From Pseudomonadota bacterium (GTDB lineage Bacteria > Pseudomonadota > Alphaproteobacteria > Rhizobiales > Devosiaceae): a stretch of 64,000 bases of DNA. The stretch lies in the NCBI GenBank assembly GCA_023433775.1, contig JAEYTY010000151.1, positions 3,715 to 67,714 of the forward strand, written 5' to 3'. Positions 43,030 through 54,300 of the stretch are shown one piece after another; the first letter of the stretch is position 1, and each line of letters begins with the position of its first letter. The notes below the pieces were generated by a model. That model did no database searches, was not told the origin of the DNA, and saw only the letters and a list, made by a program, of their open reading frames with translations. Both the position numbers and the translations under genes were made by a program.

Positions 43030-43075
43030 TGCCCCAGAAATGATCAATTTGAAATTGGTGCCCGCACAATAATCA
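43030..43075. promoter_or_regulatory. Tandem 17-bp sites, possible NtrC operators for dusB-ntrBC
   Basis: TGCCCCAGAAATGATCA (43030-43046) and TGCCCGCACAATAATCA (43059-43075) are imperfect TGC-N11-GCA-like direct repeats. Confidence 0.4.
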
Positions 43076-43204
43076 TTTTGGCAAATGGCGCAACACCTTC
43101 CGGGACTTATGCGCACGGGTGGCTGGCCTGCTCTTGCCGCATGACGAGGCGAAGGCTAGACCTGAAAGGGAGCTGGCTTTCCAGCGAAAAAATGCCCGGG
43201 TCAC

Positions 43205-44395
43205 ATGCGTCAGAAAACTATCGCCGTCATCATCGTTGCCGCCGGAAAAGGCGAGCGCGCCGGCATTGATGGTGACCCGCAGCCCAAGCAGTACCGGCCA
43301 TTGCTCGGCGTGCCCGTGCTCAGCCGGACAATTGCGGCCTTCCTCAGCCATCCCTACATTTCTATCGTCGTCCCGGTCATACATGCCGATCACGCAGCCC
43401 TATTCGCCGCACTGAACCTGGCGGACGAACGTCTGTCCGCGCCCGTATTCGGCGGGGCGTCCCGCCAGGCCTCGGTGCTGGAAGGGCTCAAGGCCCTCGG
43501 TCCGCGACGGCCCGATCTGGTTCTCATACAGGATGCAGCGCGCCCCTTCGCTACGCCGGCGCTTATTGATGCCGTCATAGCATCGCTTGAAAGCCACGAT
43601 GCCGCCCTGCCCGGGCTGGGCATCACCGACACGATCAAGCGCTCACTCGATGGAACGCTGGTGATGTCCACCGAAGATAGGCGACATCTCTTTGCCGCCC
43701 AGACCCCACAGGGTTTTCGCTTCGCGCAGATTTTCTCCGCCCATATGCGCGCGGGCAATGTGCGCCGCGACTTTACCGACGATGCCGAGATTGCCGAATG
43801 GGCCGGCCTAAGGGTCGCTCTTGTTCCGGGCGACCGCAACAATATCAAGATCACGCATCCCGAGGATTTTCGAAAGGCCGAGCGGATTATTGAAGGAGAG
43901 CGCCAGATGGAGACGCGGGTTGGCACCGGCTTTGATGTTCACCCCTTTGAAGCAGGCGATGCGGTCTGGCTGGGTGGCGTCAAGATTCCACACCACGCCA
44001 AGCTCCAGGGCCATTCCGATGCTGATGTAGCGCTTCACGCGCTCACCGACGCCCTCCTCGGCGCCATTGGCGAAGGCGATATCGGCGTTCATTTCCCGCC
44101 CAGCGATATGCAATGGAAAGGCGCTGCATCGACCGTGTTTCTGCGCCATGCCGGCAAGCTGATTGCCGAGCGCGGCGGGCGCATTGTGAACCTCGACATC
44201 ACGATTGTCTGTGAAGCCCCCAAAATCAGTCCCCATGTGCCAGCAATGTGTGCCACCATTGCCCAGACGCTGAATATTTCGGCAAGCCGCGTCGCCGTAA
44301 AGGCGACCACAAATGAGCGGCTTGGCTTTATCGGGCGACAAGAAGGTATCGTGGCCATGGCCAGCGCGAGTGTTGAAATGCCGAGGATCGATTGA
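43205..44395 (+). CDS. ispDF: Bifunctional IspD/IspF
   Basis: AAGKGER, DAARP, AQTPQGF then GFDVH, GHSDADV, GDIG.HFP motifs. Confidence 0.97.
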   Translation: MRQKTIAVIIVAAGKGERAGIDGDPQPKQYRPLLGVPVLSRTIAAFLSHPYISIVVPVIHADHAALFAALNLADERLSAPVFGGASRQASVLEGLKALGPRRPDLVLIQDAARPFATPALIDAVIASLESHDAALPGLGITDTIKRSLDGTLVMSTEDRRHLFAAQTPQGFRFAQIFSAHMRAGNVRRDFTDDAEIAEWAGLRVALVPGDRNNIKITHPEDFRKAERIIEGERQMETRVGTGFDVHPFEAGDAVWLGGVKIPHHAKLQGHSDADVALHALTDALLGAIGEGDIGVHFPPSDMQWKGAASTVFLRHAGKLIAERGGRIVNLDITIVCEAPKISPHVPAMCATIAQTLNISASRVAVKATTNERLGFIGRQEGIVAMASASVEMPRID

Positions 44396-44896
44396 ATGGC
44401 AACCAAGACCAAAGTTTCAACGGGCAAGCAGATCATCGACATTCTGACTGAGCGCAACCAGACCATCGTGACAGCCGAGAGCTGTACCGGCGGCATGATT
44501 GCATCAGCGCTGACTGATATTCCGGGAGCTTCAGCCGCGCTCTATGGCGGCTACGTCACCTATGCCAATGCTGCCAAGTCGCGCATGATCCAGGTGCAGT
44601 CGCGCCTCATTCACGATTATGGCGCGGTGAGCAATCAGGTGGCGCGTGCCATGGCAGACGGCGCCCGCAACACCGCCCGCGCCGACATTGCCGTTGCGGC
44701 CACCGGTATTGCCGGGCCTGATGGCGGCAGCGAGAAAAAGCCGATTGGCCTCGTCTATGTCGCGGTGTCGACCAACCTGGCCACGGTTGTCATCGAGCAT
44801 CGCTTTGGCGATCTGGGGCGCGACGGCATCCGTAAGGCCACAGTCGATGCCGCGCTCGACCTCGTCTTGCAGGTTCTGACCAGCGACGAGACCTAG
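44396..44896 (+). CDS. CinA/PncC family protein
   Basis: TAESCTGG, GAVS..VA.AMA.G, TGIAGPDGG..KP.GLV motifs. Confidence 0.93.
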   Translation: MATKTKVSTGKQIIDILTERNQTIVTAESCTGGMIASALTDIPGASAALYGGYVTYANAAKSRMIQVQSRLIHDYGAVSNQVARAMADGARNTARADIAVAATGIAGPDGGSEKKPIGLVYVAVSTNLATVVIEHRFGDLGRDGIRKATVDAALDLVLQVLTSDET

Positions 44897-45336
44897 ACGC
44901 CGAACCGCCGGTCAGCCTCATCACAGAAGGCCTGCATGACTTCCTGCTGTTTGGCAGCAAAGGCCGGTTCGGCCACGGCCGCAATCAGCGGATTGGAAAT
45001 CTTGAAGTCGATCTCAAAGCGCACGCGCGTCCCCTGCCCTTCGGCATCAAACGACCAGGTGCTGTCGAGATAGGAAAACGGCCCGTCAACGGCCTTCGCC
45101 CTTATGGTCCGCGATTCAGCGTCGAGCATCACGCGGCTCGTATAGGATTGCGTGATAGGCCCGAAGGCCAGTGTCATCTTGGCGAGGCGCACATCGCCGA
45201 TGCTGGCGGCCGGGTCCCGGCGCACCGACATGGCGCGGCAATTTGGCACGAAGCGCGGATAATCCTCGAGATCGGCAACAATCTCGAACATGCGCTGCGG
45301 CAGGTGCGGCACATGCCGCTGATAAAATTCCTTCAT
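44893..45336 (-). CDS. RatA/COQ10 START-domain protein
   Basis: MF.IVADLE.YP.FVP.C, YTSRV, GPF.YL...W.F motifs; follows lipA. Confidence 0.9.
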   Translation of the reverse strand: MKEFYQRHVPHLPQRMFEIVADLEDYPRFVPNCRAMSVRRDPAASIGDVRLAKMTLAFGPITQSYTSRVMLDAESRTIRAKAVDGPFSYLDSTWSFDAEGQGTRVRFEIDFKISNPLIAAVAEPAFAAKQQEVMQAFCDEADRRFGV

Positions 45337-46290
45337 TCAGTGCCCCAGACGCGCCATGCGGGCCGCACGCAGCTCGGCAAAATCTTCGCCGGCATGGTGC
45401 GAGGACCGCGTCAGCGGGCTTGAGGATACCAGAAGGAAGCCTTTGGCATTCGCGACCGTGGCGAACGACTTGAATTCCTCCGGCGTCACAAAACGCTGCA
45501 GCGGATAGTGCTTCTTGGTCGGCTGCAGATATTGCCCGATGGTCAGGAAATCCACATCGGCCGAGCGCAGGTCGTCCATCAGCTGCAGGACCTCGTTCCG
45601 CTCTTCGCCAAGGCCCACCATGATGCCGGACTTGGTGAAAATGGTCGGGTCCAGCTCCTTGACCCGCTGCAACAGCCGGATCGAGTGGAAGTAACGCGCG
45701 CCGGGGCGAACCTTGAGATATTTCGACGGCACGGTCTCGAGATTGTGGTTGAACACGTCCGGCTTGGCTGCCACGACGATTTCAAGCGCGCCTTCCTTGC
45801 GCAGGAAGTCCGGCGTCAGGATTTCGATCGTCGTGCGCGGATTGCGGGCGCGGATGGCCAGGATCACGTCGGCAAAGTGCTGCGCGCCGCCATCGGCTAG
45901 GTCATCGCGGTCCACCGAGGTGATCACGACGTGTTCGAGGCCGAGCTTTTCCACGGCCTTGGCGACGTTTTCCGGCTCATTGGCATCCAGCGGACCGGGC
46001 ATTCCGGTGCGAACATTGCAGAAAGCGCAGGCGCGGGTGCAGATTTCGCCCATGATCATCATGGTCGCGTGCTTTTTGCTCCAGCACTCCCCAATATTGG
46101 GGCAGCCCGCTTCCTCGCAAACCGTAACGAGATTGTTTTCGCGCACGATCTGCTGGGTTTCTTTGTAGATCGGGGAGCCCGGCGCCTTGACGCGGATCCA
46201 GTCCGGCTTGCGCAGCACAACGCTGTCAGGCCGATTGGCCTTTTCAGGATGACGGGGCTTTAGCGCGGAATTGTCGATCAGAGTGACCAA
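45337..46290 (-). CDS. lipA: Lipoyl synthase
   Basis: [12 protein letters not shown] and CTRACAFC motifs, RSSHHA; TTG start. Confidence 0.98.
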   Translation of the reverse strand: MVTLIDNSALKPRHPEKANRPDSVVLRKPDWIRVKAPGSPIYKETQQIVRENNLVTVCEEAGCPNIGECWSKKHATMMIMGEICTRACAFCNVRTGMPGPLDANEPENVAKAVEKLGLEHVVITSVDRDDLADGGAQHFADVILAIRARNPRTTIEILTPDFLRKEGALEIVVAAKPDVFNHNLETVPSKYLKVRPGARYFHSIRLLQRVKELDPTIFTKSGIMVGLGEERNEVLQLMDDLRSADVDFLTIGQYLQPTKKHYPLQRFVTPEEFKSFATVANAKGFLLVSSSPLTRSSHHAGEDFAELRAARMARLGH

Positions 46291-46343
46291 GGCATGTCCA
46301 GACTTTGCGTAGGCTCACCCTGCTGAGCCATAGGGCTGCAGGG

Positions 46344-46601
46344 TCAAGCGATCAGTCGCGCCAGCAGCACGACGATGATGGCGCCCACGGTTGACGACAC
46401 GATCTGCCGCACCAGGTCATGCCTGATGCCGAGATCGATCTTGAGAACCGAGAACAGATATCCCCCCACGAAAGACCCGATGACGCCGCTGATCAAATAG
46501 GTGATCAACCCGCCACCGCCGACAATCAGACTAGCCAGGAAACCGGCCAGGATACCGATGCCGATAAAAACCAGGATTGCGCGTGTGTTGCTGTTGCCCA
46601 T
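46344..46601 (-). CDS. GlsB/YeaQ/YmgE family membrane protein
   Basis: IG..AG.LA..IVGGGG...GVIGSFVGG pattern. Confidence 0.85.
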   Translation of the reverse strand: MGNSNTRAILVFIGIGILAGFLASLIVGGGGLITYLISGVIGSFVGGYLFSVLKIDLGIRHDLVRQIVSSTVGAIIVVLLARLIA

Positions 46602-46707
46602 TGTAAACCCGCCCCCAGCGGTTTGTCGTTCCGGTAGTGTCATGTCATGCCCCCAGCATCTGTCCCCGACATATTGCCATTGGCGGCCACGCCTTCAAGA
46701 CCGTACG

Positions 46708-46965
46708 CTACCGCGCGATCACCCGCGCCAAGGCGATCACCACGATGGCGCCAATGGTTGCGGTGATGATCTGGCTGATCAGTGCGTTCTCGATCGGCAA
46801 GCTTACGCCGGCCATGGACAGCAACCAGCCGCCGACAAAGGAGCCGATCACGCCCACGATCAGGTTGCGCACAAGGCCTCCACCGCCCAACAACAGCCCG
46901 GCCAGCCAACCGGCGACGAGCCCGATGGCGAGAAAGATCAGCAATTCAGTTGTTCCGACGCTCAT
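46708..46965 (-). CDS. GlsB/YeaQ/YmgE family membrane protein (tandem paralog)
   Basis: IGLVAGWLA...GGGGLVRNLIVGVIGSFVGG pattern. Confidence 0.88.
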   Translation of the reverse strand: MSVGTTELLIFLAIGLVAGWLAGLLLGGGGLVRNLIVGVIGSFVGGWLLSMAGVSLPIENALISQIITATIGAIVVIALARVIAR

Positions 46966-47079
46966 GGCATTTGCACCGCGTTGTGAATCTTGGGAAGTCT
47001 GGGGACAAGTCTACCAGAAGGCCCGCATTTCCGCCCCCTGCCGAAAACATGCGCCCGGCAGGGCCCTGTGGACAAGTCT

Positions 47080-48519
47080 CTAGATGTTGAGCGCCCGACC
47101 GTAAGCATCGAGCACGCTTTCCTTCATCGTCTCGCTCAGCGTCGGATGCGGGAAAATCGTGTGGATCAGCTCTTCCTCGGTGGTCTCGAGGTTCATGGCA
47201 ATGACAAAGCCCTGGATCAGCTCGGTCACTTCCGCGCCGACCATATGCGCGCCCAGCAATTCGCCGGTCTTGGCATCGAAAATGGTCTTCACCAAGCCGT
47301 CCGGCTCGCCCAAGGCAATCGCTTTCCCATTGCCGACAAAGGGGAAGCGGCCGACCTTGATCTCGCGACCGGCTTCCTTGGCCTTGGCTTCGGTAAGGCC
47401 AACTGAGGCGACCTGCGGTTCGCAATAGGTGCAGCCAGGCACCTTGGTCTTGTCGAGGCCATGCACCTTCATGCCGGCAATCTTTTCGACGGTGATGACA
47501 GCCTCATGCTCGGCTTTGTGCGCCAACATCGGCGGGCCGGCGACGTCGCCAATTGCCCAGATGCCGTCGACATTTGTCTTCCCATAGCCATCAATGACGA
47601 TAGCGCCGCGTTCGGTTTTCACGCCGACCGTTTCGAGCCCAAGCCCCTCAATATTGCACTGCACGCCCACGGCCGAGATCAGCTTCTCGCCTGAAATCTG
47701 CTGCTTGGAGCCGTCCTTGAGCTCGACATGGGCAATCACGCCGTTCTTGGTCTTCTCAACCTTGGCGACCTTGGCGTCAGTCAGGATCTTGATGCCGCGT
47801 TTTTCCAGCCGCTTCCGGGCCAACCCGGCAATCTCGGCGTCTTCCACCGGCATAATCTGCGGCAGCAGCTCAATGATCGTCACTTCTGCGCCCATGGAGC
47901 GGTAGAAAGACGCAAATTCGACACCGATAGCGCCGGACCCCATCACCACCAGCGACTTCGGCATGGTGGCCGGCTTCATCGCCTCAAAATAGGTCCAGAT
48001 CTTGTCGCCATCGGGCTCTATGCCGGGCAGAACGCGCGGGCGCGCGCCGGTGGCGATAATGATATTCTTGGCCTTGTAGGTGCCCTCGCCCAGGGCATTC
48101 TTGGGCGGCGGAACCTGCGGCTCAACGATCTTCTTCTTGGTCGGCGCGACCTTGACCTCACCCTTTCCGGTGATAACCGCCTCGCCCCAGATGATGTCGA
48201 CCTTGTTCTTCTTCATCAGGAACTGGACGCCATTGTTCATCTGGGCAGCAATGGCGCGAGAGCGCTTCACGACGCCATCAATGTCGACGCCAAATTTTTC
48301 GGCAGTCAGGCCATAATCCTTGGCGTGAGTCATGTGGCCGTAGATTTCAGCCGAGCGCAGCAGCGCCTTGGTCGGGATACAGCCCCAGTTGGAGCAGATG
48401 CCTGCCATATGCTCGCGCTCGATAATGCCCACCTTCATCCCGAGCTGCGCGCCACGAATAGCGGCGACATAGCCGCCAGGGCCGGCGCCGATCACGAGAA
48501 GGTCGTATTGGTCAGCCAT
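47080..48519 (-). CDS. lpdA: Dihydrolipoyl dehydrogenase
   Basis: GAGPGGY, GICSNWGCIPTK, LAHKA, HPTLSE motifs. Confidence 0.98.
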   Translation of the reverse strand: MADQYDLLVIGAGPGGYVAAIRGAQLGMKVGIIEREHMAGICSNWGCIPTKALLRSAEIYGHMTHAKDYGLTAEKFGVDIDGVVKRSRAIAAQMNNGVQFLMKKNKVDIIWGEAVITGKGEVKVAPTKKKIVEPQVPPPKNALGEGTYKAKNIIIATGARPRVLPGIEPDGDKIWTYFEAMKPATMPKSLVVMGSGAIGVEFASFYRSMGAEVTIIELLPQIMPVEDAEIAGLARKRLEKRGIKILTDAKVAKVEKTKNGVIAHVELKDGSKQQISGEKLISAVGVQCNIEGLGLETVGVKTERGAIVIDGYGKTNVDGIWAIGDVAGPPMLAHKAEHEAVITVEKIAGMKVHGLDKTKVPGCTYCEPQVASVGLTEAKAKEAGREIKVGRFPFVGNGKAIALGEPDGLVKTIFDAKTGELLGAHMVGAEVTELIQGFVIAMNLETTEEELIHTIFPHPTLSETMKESVLDAYGRALNI

Positions 48520-48543
48520 TTGGGCCTCCAGAAAAATATCGGG

Positions 48544-49194
48544 TCAGAGACCCAGAACTTGTTTGACGAGGGGCGCAATGCCCAAGCCGATAGCGCGTGT
48601 ATTGGCCGCGTCCAGATGTACACCGTCGCTGGGATCGGCCTTGGCGACCGTCGCGGCGTCGAAAAAGCCCGTTTTCCACTCTGCGGCGCGCCGCGCATAA
48701 TGCGTTGCAAGCTGGCGGGACTGTTCCAGCCCATGCTCGATGCCGCCAAAGTGGTCGATCATGTCCGCATTGTCGCTTGCGCAGAGATGCGGCGGCGAAA
48801 CCAGGATGATTTCGGACGCAGTCTCGCCCTTGCCCCCATAATGCCCCCGGATAACCTGCACCAGCCGCCGCATACCAAAGGACGCCTCAAGCGCTGAACC
48901 ACATATGGCCGGCTTCAGGTCATTGGTGCCCAGCATGATGATGATGAGGTCAAGCGGCGAATGGCTTTCGAGCAGCGTCGGCAGGACGCGTCCGCCATTG
49001 CGATCCGCATTCGCATACCAGTCATCCGACACAGTCGTCCGACCGCCCAGACCTTCGGCAATAACGCGGGCCTTACCCTCCAGCGCCTTTTCAAGAGCCG
49101 TGGGCCAGCGATCTTCATAGGCATGGCGGGGGCCACCCGTTTCCGGGTTGGCCCCGAAGGTAAGGCTGTCGCCGTCGGCAAGAATGGTCTTCAT
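48544..49194 (-). CDS. SGNH/GDSL hydrolase
   Basis: GDSLT, EGLGGRT, LGTND, DGVH blocks. Confidence 0.93.
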   Translation of the reverse strand: MKTILADGDSLTFGANPETGGPRHAYEDRWPTALEKALEGKARVIAEGLGGRTTVSDDWYANADRNGGRVLPTLLESHSPLDLIIIMLGTNDLKPAICGSALEASFGMRRLVQVIRGHYGGKGETASEIILVSPPHLCASDNADMIDHFGGIEHGLEQSRQLATHYARRAAEWKTGFFDAATVAKADPSDGVHLDAANTRAIGLGIAPLVKQVLGL

Positions 49195-49207
49195 GGCGCT
49201 CTGCCTC

Positions 49208-50575
49208 TTAGGCCAGCATCATGACGGGGTTTTCGATCAGGCTCTTGAACACGCCCAGCACTTCGGCCCCCAGCGCACCATCGACGGCGCGGTGATCACA
49301 GGAGAGCGTGGCAGTCATGAACTGGCCGATCTTGATCTGGCCGTTCTCGGGGTAAACCCGCTCTTCACCCGCACCGACGGCCAGGATCGTGCCATGCGGC
49401 GGGTTGATGACGGCGGCAAAGTGCTTGATGCCGAACATTCCGAGATTGGAAACGGAGGACGAGCCGCCCTGATATTCGTGCGGCGCCAGCTTTTTGGACT
49501 TGGCGCGCGTCGCCAGATCCTTCACCTCTTCGGAAATCTCCCGCAGGCTCTTTGTGTCGCAGGATTTCACCACCGGCGTGAAGAGACCGCCCGGCACCGA
49601 CACGGCAACAGCCACATCCGAGCGCTTGTGATAGAGGATCGCGTCGCCTGCCCAGGTCGCATTGGCGTCCGGAACCCGCTGCAGCGCAATCGCCCAGGCC
49701 TTCATGACGAAGTCGTTGACCGAAAGCTTGAAGGCAGGCTTGCCTTCCTTGTTCTTCGGTGCGGAGGCATTGATCTGCTCGCGCGCAGCCATCAGCGCGT
49801 CGATCTTGCAGTCGAGCGTCAGATAGAAATGCGGAACGGTCTGCTTGGACTCGGTGAGGCGCGCGGCCACGACCTTGCGCATACCGTCATTGGGAACGAG
49901 CTCGTAGCTGCCCTCTTCGTAAAGCGCGAGAACCTGTGCCTTGGACATGCCCGTGGCGGCTGCGCCACCCGAGGCCGCCGCCGCAGACGACGCAGTAGCC
50001 TTTAACGGCGTCTTGCCAGACTTGGCAGCCTCCACATCAGACTTGACGACACGACCCTTCGGACCGGTGCCGGACACAGCAGAAACGTCGATCCCAGCTT
50101 CTTTGGCGAGGCGCTTGGCCAGCGGGGAGGCGAAGACCCGCCCACCATTTGAGTTAGCGGCACCGTTCTGCAACTTCTGCCCCGCAGCGGCGATATTGCT
50201 TTCCAGCTTGGCGCGCTCCGTGGGTGCCGGTTCAGCTGCCTTCGGCGCTTCCGCCTTTGGAGCCTCCGGCGCAGGCGCGGCCTTCGGCGTTTCGGCCTTG
50301 GGTGCCCCTGCCCCAATGGCGCTGGCTTCCTCGCCATCTTGCAGCAGCACGGCAATGACGGCGTTGACCTTCACATTGTCCGTGCCTTCGGCAACCATGA
50401 TCTTGCCGATCTTGCCTTCGTCCACGGCCTCGACTTCCATCGTAGCCTTGTCGGTTTCAATCTCGGCGATCACATCACCCGACGAAACGCTATCGCCTTC
50501 CTTGACGTGCCACTTGGCGAGCTTGCCCTCTTCCATCGTGGGAGAGAGCGCCGGCATGGTAATATCGATTGGCAT
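49208..50575 (-). CDS. pdhC: Pyruvate dehydrogenase E2
   Basis: Lipoyl domain ETDKA, ASPLA binding domain, DHRAVDG. Confidence 0.97.
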   Translation of the reverse strand: MPIDITMPALSPTMEEGKLAKWHVKEGDSVSSGDVIAEIETDKATMEVEAVDEGKIGKIMVAEGTDNVKVNAVIAVLLQDGEEASAIGAGAPKAETPKAAPAPEAPKAEAPKAAEPAPTERAKLESNIAAAGQKLQNGAANSNGGRVFASPLAKRLAKEAGIDVSAVSGTGPKGRVVKSDVEAAKSGKTPLKATASSAAAASGGAAATGMSKAQVLALYEEGSYELVPNDGMRKVVAARLTESKQTVPHFYLTLDCKIDALMAAREQINASAPKNKEGKPAFKLSVNDFVMKAWAIALQRVPDANATWAGDAILYHKRSDVAVAVSVPGGLFTPVVKSCDTKSLREISEEVKDLATRAKSKKLAPHEYQGGSSSVSNLGMFGIKHFAAVINPPHGTILAVGAGEERVYPENGQIKIGQFMTATLSCDHRAVDGALGAEVLGVFKSLIENPVMMLA

Positions 50576-50587
50576 CCCGGTTCTCCC

Positions 50588-51976
50588 TTACGAGCGGTAG
50601 GTCACGGCATTGACGGCCGCGATCACTTCATCAACGTTTGGCAGCGCCAGCTTTTCGAGGTTGGCGGCGTAAGGCATAGGCACGTCCTTGCCGGTCACGC
50701 GCATGACGGGCGCATCAAGATAGTCAAAAGCCTGTTCCATGACGCGGGCGGAAATTTCCGCACCCACGCCACCCTGTGGCCAGCCTTCTTCGACTGTGAC
50801 CAGACGTCCGGTTTTCTTGACCGACTCGATAACCGTGTCGCTGTCCAGCGGACGCAGCGTACGCAAATCGATCAGTTCGACATCGACGCCCGCGGCGACC
50901 AGCTTTTCAGTGGCCTGGGTCGCGTAACGCATACCCATCGAGAAGGACACGATGGTAACGTCAGCACCCTTGCGGGCAATGCGCGCCTTGCCGATGGGCA
51001 GCAGGAAGTCATCGACCTTTGGCACCAGACCCGTCGAGCCATAGAGAATTTCGTTTTCGAGGAACACGACCGGATTGGGCGAGCGGATGGCCGCCTTGAG
51101 CAGACCCTTGGCGTCTGCTGCGCTATAGGGTGCGATAACGGTCAAGCCCGGCACGTGGCTATACCAGGCCGAATAATCCTGGCTGTGCTGTGCGCCCACG
51201 CGGGCTGCGGCGCCATTGGGGCCGCGGAACACCATCGGCGCCGTCACCTGCCCGCCCGACATATAAAGCTGCTTGGCGGCGGAATTGATGATCTGGTCGA
51301 TCGCCTGCATGGCAAAATTCCAGGTCATGAATTCGACAATCGGCTTCAAACCGGCAAAAGCCGCGCCGACCGCAAGACCGGCAAAGCCATGTTCGGTGAT
51401 GGGCGTGTCGATAATCCGCTCCGGCCCGAATTCCTGCAGCAGACCCTGGGTGATCTTGTAGGCGCCCTGATATTCGGCGACCTCCTCACCCATGACGAAG
51501 ACGTCCTTGTCGCGGCGAAGCTCTTCGGCCATGGCCTCGTTGAGGGCCTGTCGCACGGTCATTTCGACCATTTCGACGCCTTCGGGCAGGTCCGGGTCGC
51601 TCTGCGGTTCGAATTTCGGCGCGGCGGGCGCCGCCGCAACCGACGGCGCTGCGTCAGCAGCTTTTTCGGCCGCCACAACGGGCGCTTCGGCAGGTTCGGG
51701 CGCAGTCTTTGCCACCGGCGCAGCTTCAGCCGTTTCGCCTTCCTCAAGCACCAGCGCGATGGGCGTATTGACCTTCACGCCCTCGGTGCCTTCGGCCACC
51801 AGAATTTCCTTCACCACGCCGCTATCCACCGACTCCACCTCCATAGTGGCCTTGTCGGTTTCAATTTCCGCCAGCACGTCGCCGGATTTGACCGTGTCAC
51901 CAACTTTGACCAGCCATTTGGCGAGCTTGCCCTCTACCATGGTTGGCGACAGGGCGGGCATGAGAATTTGGGGCAT
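50588..51976 (-). CDS. pdhB: Pyruvate dehydrogenase E1 beta with N-terminal lipoyl domain
   Basis: ETDKA lipoyl domain, [23 protein letters not shown]. Confidence 0.97.
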   Translation of the reverse strand: MPQILMPALSPTMVEGKLAKWLVKVGDTVKSGDVLAEIETDKATMEVESVDSGVVKEILVAEGTEGVKVNTPIALVLEEGETAEAAPVAKTAPEPAEAPVVAAEKAADAAPSVAAAPAAPKFEPQSDPDLPEGVEMVEMTVRQALNEAMAEELRRDKDVFVMGEEVAEYQGAYKITQGLLQEFGPERIIDTPITEHGFAGLAVGAAFAGLKPIVEFMTWNFAMQAIDQIINSAAKQLYMSGGQVTAPMVFRGPNGAAARVGAQHSQDYSAWYSHVPGLTVIAPYSAADAKGLLKAAIRSPNPVVFLENEILYGSTGLVPKVDDFLLPIGKARIARKGADVTIVSFSMGMRYATQATEKLVAAGVDVELIDLRTLRPLDSDTVIESVKKTGRLVTVEEGWPQGGVGAEISARVMEQAFDYLDAPVMRVTGKDVPMPYAANLEKLALPNVDEVIAAVNAVTYRS

Positions 51977-51977
51977 G

Positions 51978-52373
51978 TCAGCTCTCCAGAATGGTTGCGC
52001 CGGGCATATTGGCCACGCGGCGAAGCAGATTTGTCTCGGCGAAACGGGCAGGCAAAACCCGCCAATCGGTCATTTTGTGCTGCATGGCAGCAGTGCTCGT
52101 TGCATTGGCACGCTGGCTGGATGCCCAGCCGCTCAGCAGCAGGCCGGAAATCACGAAAACGAGGCAAGCGATGACGGCGCGCTTGTAGATCGCCACCGGT
52201 TCTTCCCCGCTCAGCCCAGCCCGCGTGGCAATGGCGTCAAAGCGCCACCAGCCAAAGGTCCAGTCCTGCCACTTGCCTGCTGGCGACAGCTTGCTGATCG
52301 TCACGGCCTGCACCACCGCAATTGCGGCGGAGAGGATAGCGAATAACGCAATGACACCAAGCAGGATGGTCAT
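51978..52373 (-). CDS. Hypothetical membrane protein within the pdh cluster
   Basis: Two hydrophobic segments; fills the pdhA-pdhB gap in the same orientation. Confidence 0.6.
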   Translation of the reverse strand: MTILLGVIALFAILSAAIAVVQAVTISKLSPAGKWQDWTFGWWRFDAIATRAGLSGEEPVAIYKRAVIACLVFVISGLLLSGWASSQRANATSTAAMQHKMTDWRVLPARFAETNLLRRVANMPGATILES

Positions 52374-52380
52374 GTCAGGC

Positions 52381-53391
52381 TCAGGCTTCTTCCACGATCA
52401 CGTCGGTCCAGAGTTCGGATGCATCCGGCTCGGGATCATTGGTCGCGAACTCAGCCGCCTCGGTGACGATGGCGCGAATATCGGTCTCGATCTTCTTGAG
52501 GTCTTCTTCGGTAACGGTACCGGCTTCGAGCAGGCGCGCACGGACCTGTTCGATCGGGTCGCGCTCCTGACGATACTTCGTCACTTCGTCCTTGGAGCGA
52601 TATTTCGCCGGATCGGACATGGAGTGACCGCGATAGCGATAGGTCAGCATTTCGAGAATGAACGGTCCCTTGCCCGAGCGGGCATGTTCGATGGCGCGCT
52701 GGGCGGCATCATAGACCATGCGCACATCCATCCCGTCGACCTGTTCCCCCGGAATGTCGAACGAGGCGCCGCGCATGGAGAAGTCGGTCGTTGCTGCGGC
52801 GCGCTCAATCGAGGTGCCCATGGCATATTTATTGTTTTCGATGACGAACACGACCGGAAGCTTCCACAGCTTGGCCATGTTGAAGCTTTCATAGACCTGG
52901 CCCTGATTGGCCGCGCCGTCGCCGAAATAGGCAATCGAAACCGAGCCATCGCCCTTGTATTTGGCTGCAAATCCAAGGCCCGCACCCAGCGAAACCTGGG
53001 CGCCGACAATGCCATTGCCGCCATAGAACTTGTGCTCGTTGCTGAACATGTGCATGGAACCGCCCTTGCCCTTGCTCAGCCCGCCCTTGCGGCCCGTGAG
53101 CTCAGCCATCACGCCCTTGGGGTCAAGGCCCATGACCAGCATGTGGCCGTGATCGCGATAGCCGGTGATCTGGGCGTCCTTGCCCTTTTCCGAAGCCATG
53201 GTGATGCCGGTGACGACGGCTTCTTGCCCGATATAGAGGTGGCAGAAGCCGCCGATCAGGCCCATGCCATACATCTGGCCGGCCTTTTCCTCAAAACGCC
53301 GGATCAGCAGCATTTCGCGGAAAGCTTCCAGCTCCTGTTCCGGCGTAAACTGGGGAACATTGGCCTTGGTGGCCGTCGCCTTGCGCGCCAT
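52381..53391 (-). CDS. pdhA: Pyruvate dehydrogenase E1 alpha
   Basis: GFCHLYIGQEA, GDGAANQGQ, RYRGHSMSDP; ATG at 53391. Confidence 0.98.
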   Translation of the reverse strand: MARKATATKANVPQFTPEQELEAFREMLLIRRFEEKAGQMYGMGLIGGFCHLYIGQEAVVTGITMASEKGKDAQITGYRDHGHMLVMGLDPKGVMAELTGRKGGLSKGKGGSMHMFSNEHKFYGGNGIVGAQVSLGAGLGFAAKYKGDGSVSIAYFGDGAANQGQVYESFNMAKLWKLPVVFVIENNKYAMGTSIERAAATTDFSMRGASFDIPGEQVDGMDVRMVYDAAQRAIEHARSGKGPFILEMLTYRYRGHSMSDPAKYRSKDEVTKYRQERDPIEQVRARLLEAGTVTEEDLKKIETDIRAIVTEAAEFATNDPEPDASELWTDVIVEEA

Positions 53392-53506
53392 GGTGCACTC
53401 CGCTCTTTGAATGAATTTTGCCGCTGCGGCCAATCAGGCCATTTCTGGCACTATAGCGCAATGGAGCGCGCGGTAACATCGCCCACGCATAACATCAGAA
53501 TTGACG

Positions 53507-53905
53507 TTAAAGCGTTGAATCCGCTTCGATAATCGAAATTAACTCACTATCGATTAATTCTTCGAATTTACCGGAAATTGGTTGACCAGACGCTGGATCA
53601 ACCATGACGAGAATATCTTCGGCATGGGCCATATTGAGCAAAGCCCGCGCCCTCTCAGTGACCAGGTCCGGATCGAGCCGACGCGGCGCCATCAGCGACA
53701 CCCGATGCCGGTAAGAATCAATCTCCGCCTGCAAAGCCGATGATTTGTCCCGAAGAACCTGGATGTCGCCCATGATCTGTTCGCGGCTTTCGATGCCGAA
53801 CTGGCCGGACAGCGCGGAATAGCCAAGATAACCCTGAAACGCGAGCAGGATCACTGTAAGGGCCAGTGGCCGCCAGAATGATGGGCGCTTGAGACGGGTG
53901 GGCAT
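53507..53905 (-). CDS. ftsB: Septum formation initiator (FtsB/DivIC family)
   Basis: Single TM, G.FG, coiled coil, LDPDL..ERAR..LN motif; upstream of pdhA. Confidence 0.85.
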   Translation of the reverse strand: MPTRLKRPSFWRPLALTVILLAFQGYLGYSALSGQFGIESREQIMGDIQVLRDKSSALQAEIDSYRHRVSLMAPRRLDPDLVTERARALLNMAHAEDILVMVDPASGQPISGKFEELIDSELISIIEADSTL

Positions 53906-54009
53906 AGGCAAACCGGATCGTGGAAGACCACTATGCGGCCAAAGGGTTTAACATGGGGTTGAAGTCAGAGGCGGCGCGCCCCGTTATGCGCCGATCACCC
54001 TGCCCGCCT

Positions 54010-54300
54010 TCAGAGGGCGACGTAGTCGATTTCCTGGAATCGCGCCACTTCCGGTATCCACCGGCCCTGAACAAAGGCCACATGGTCGGGATGGTCGTTA
54101 TAGACCTGATAGGCAGCCTGATCGGCAAATTCCATCGAAAAGCCGAAGTCAAAATCGGCCTTGGGGCTGACCTGCCGCAGGCGCTCGAATTTCTCGACAC
54201 CGGGAATTTTTTCGAGGATCAGCGCATCGCGCAAAAAGGCCGCTTCTTCAACTGAACCTGCGGCGTGCTTGAGCGTGAAAACAACGGTGTGACGGATCAT
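54010..54300 (-). CDS. Dabb-family stress-responsive barrel protein
   Basis: MIRHTVVF.LK, F......Y..HPDH..FV, EIDY motifs. Confidence 0.85.
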   Translation of the reverse strand: MIRHTVVFTLKHAAGSVEEAAFLRDALILEKIPGVEKFERLRQVSPKADFDFGFSMEFADQAAYQVYNDHPDHVAFVQGRWIPEVARFQEIDYVAL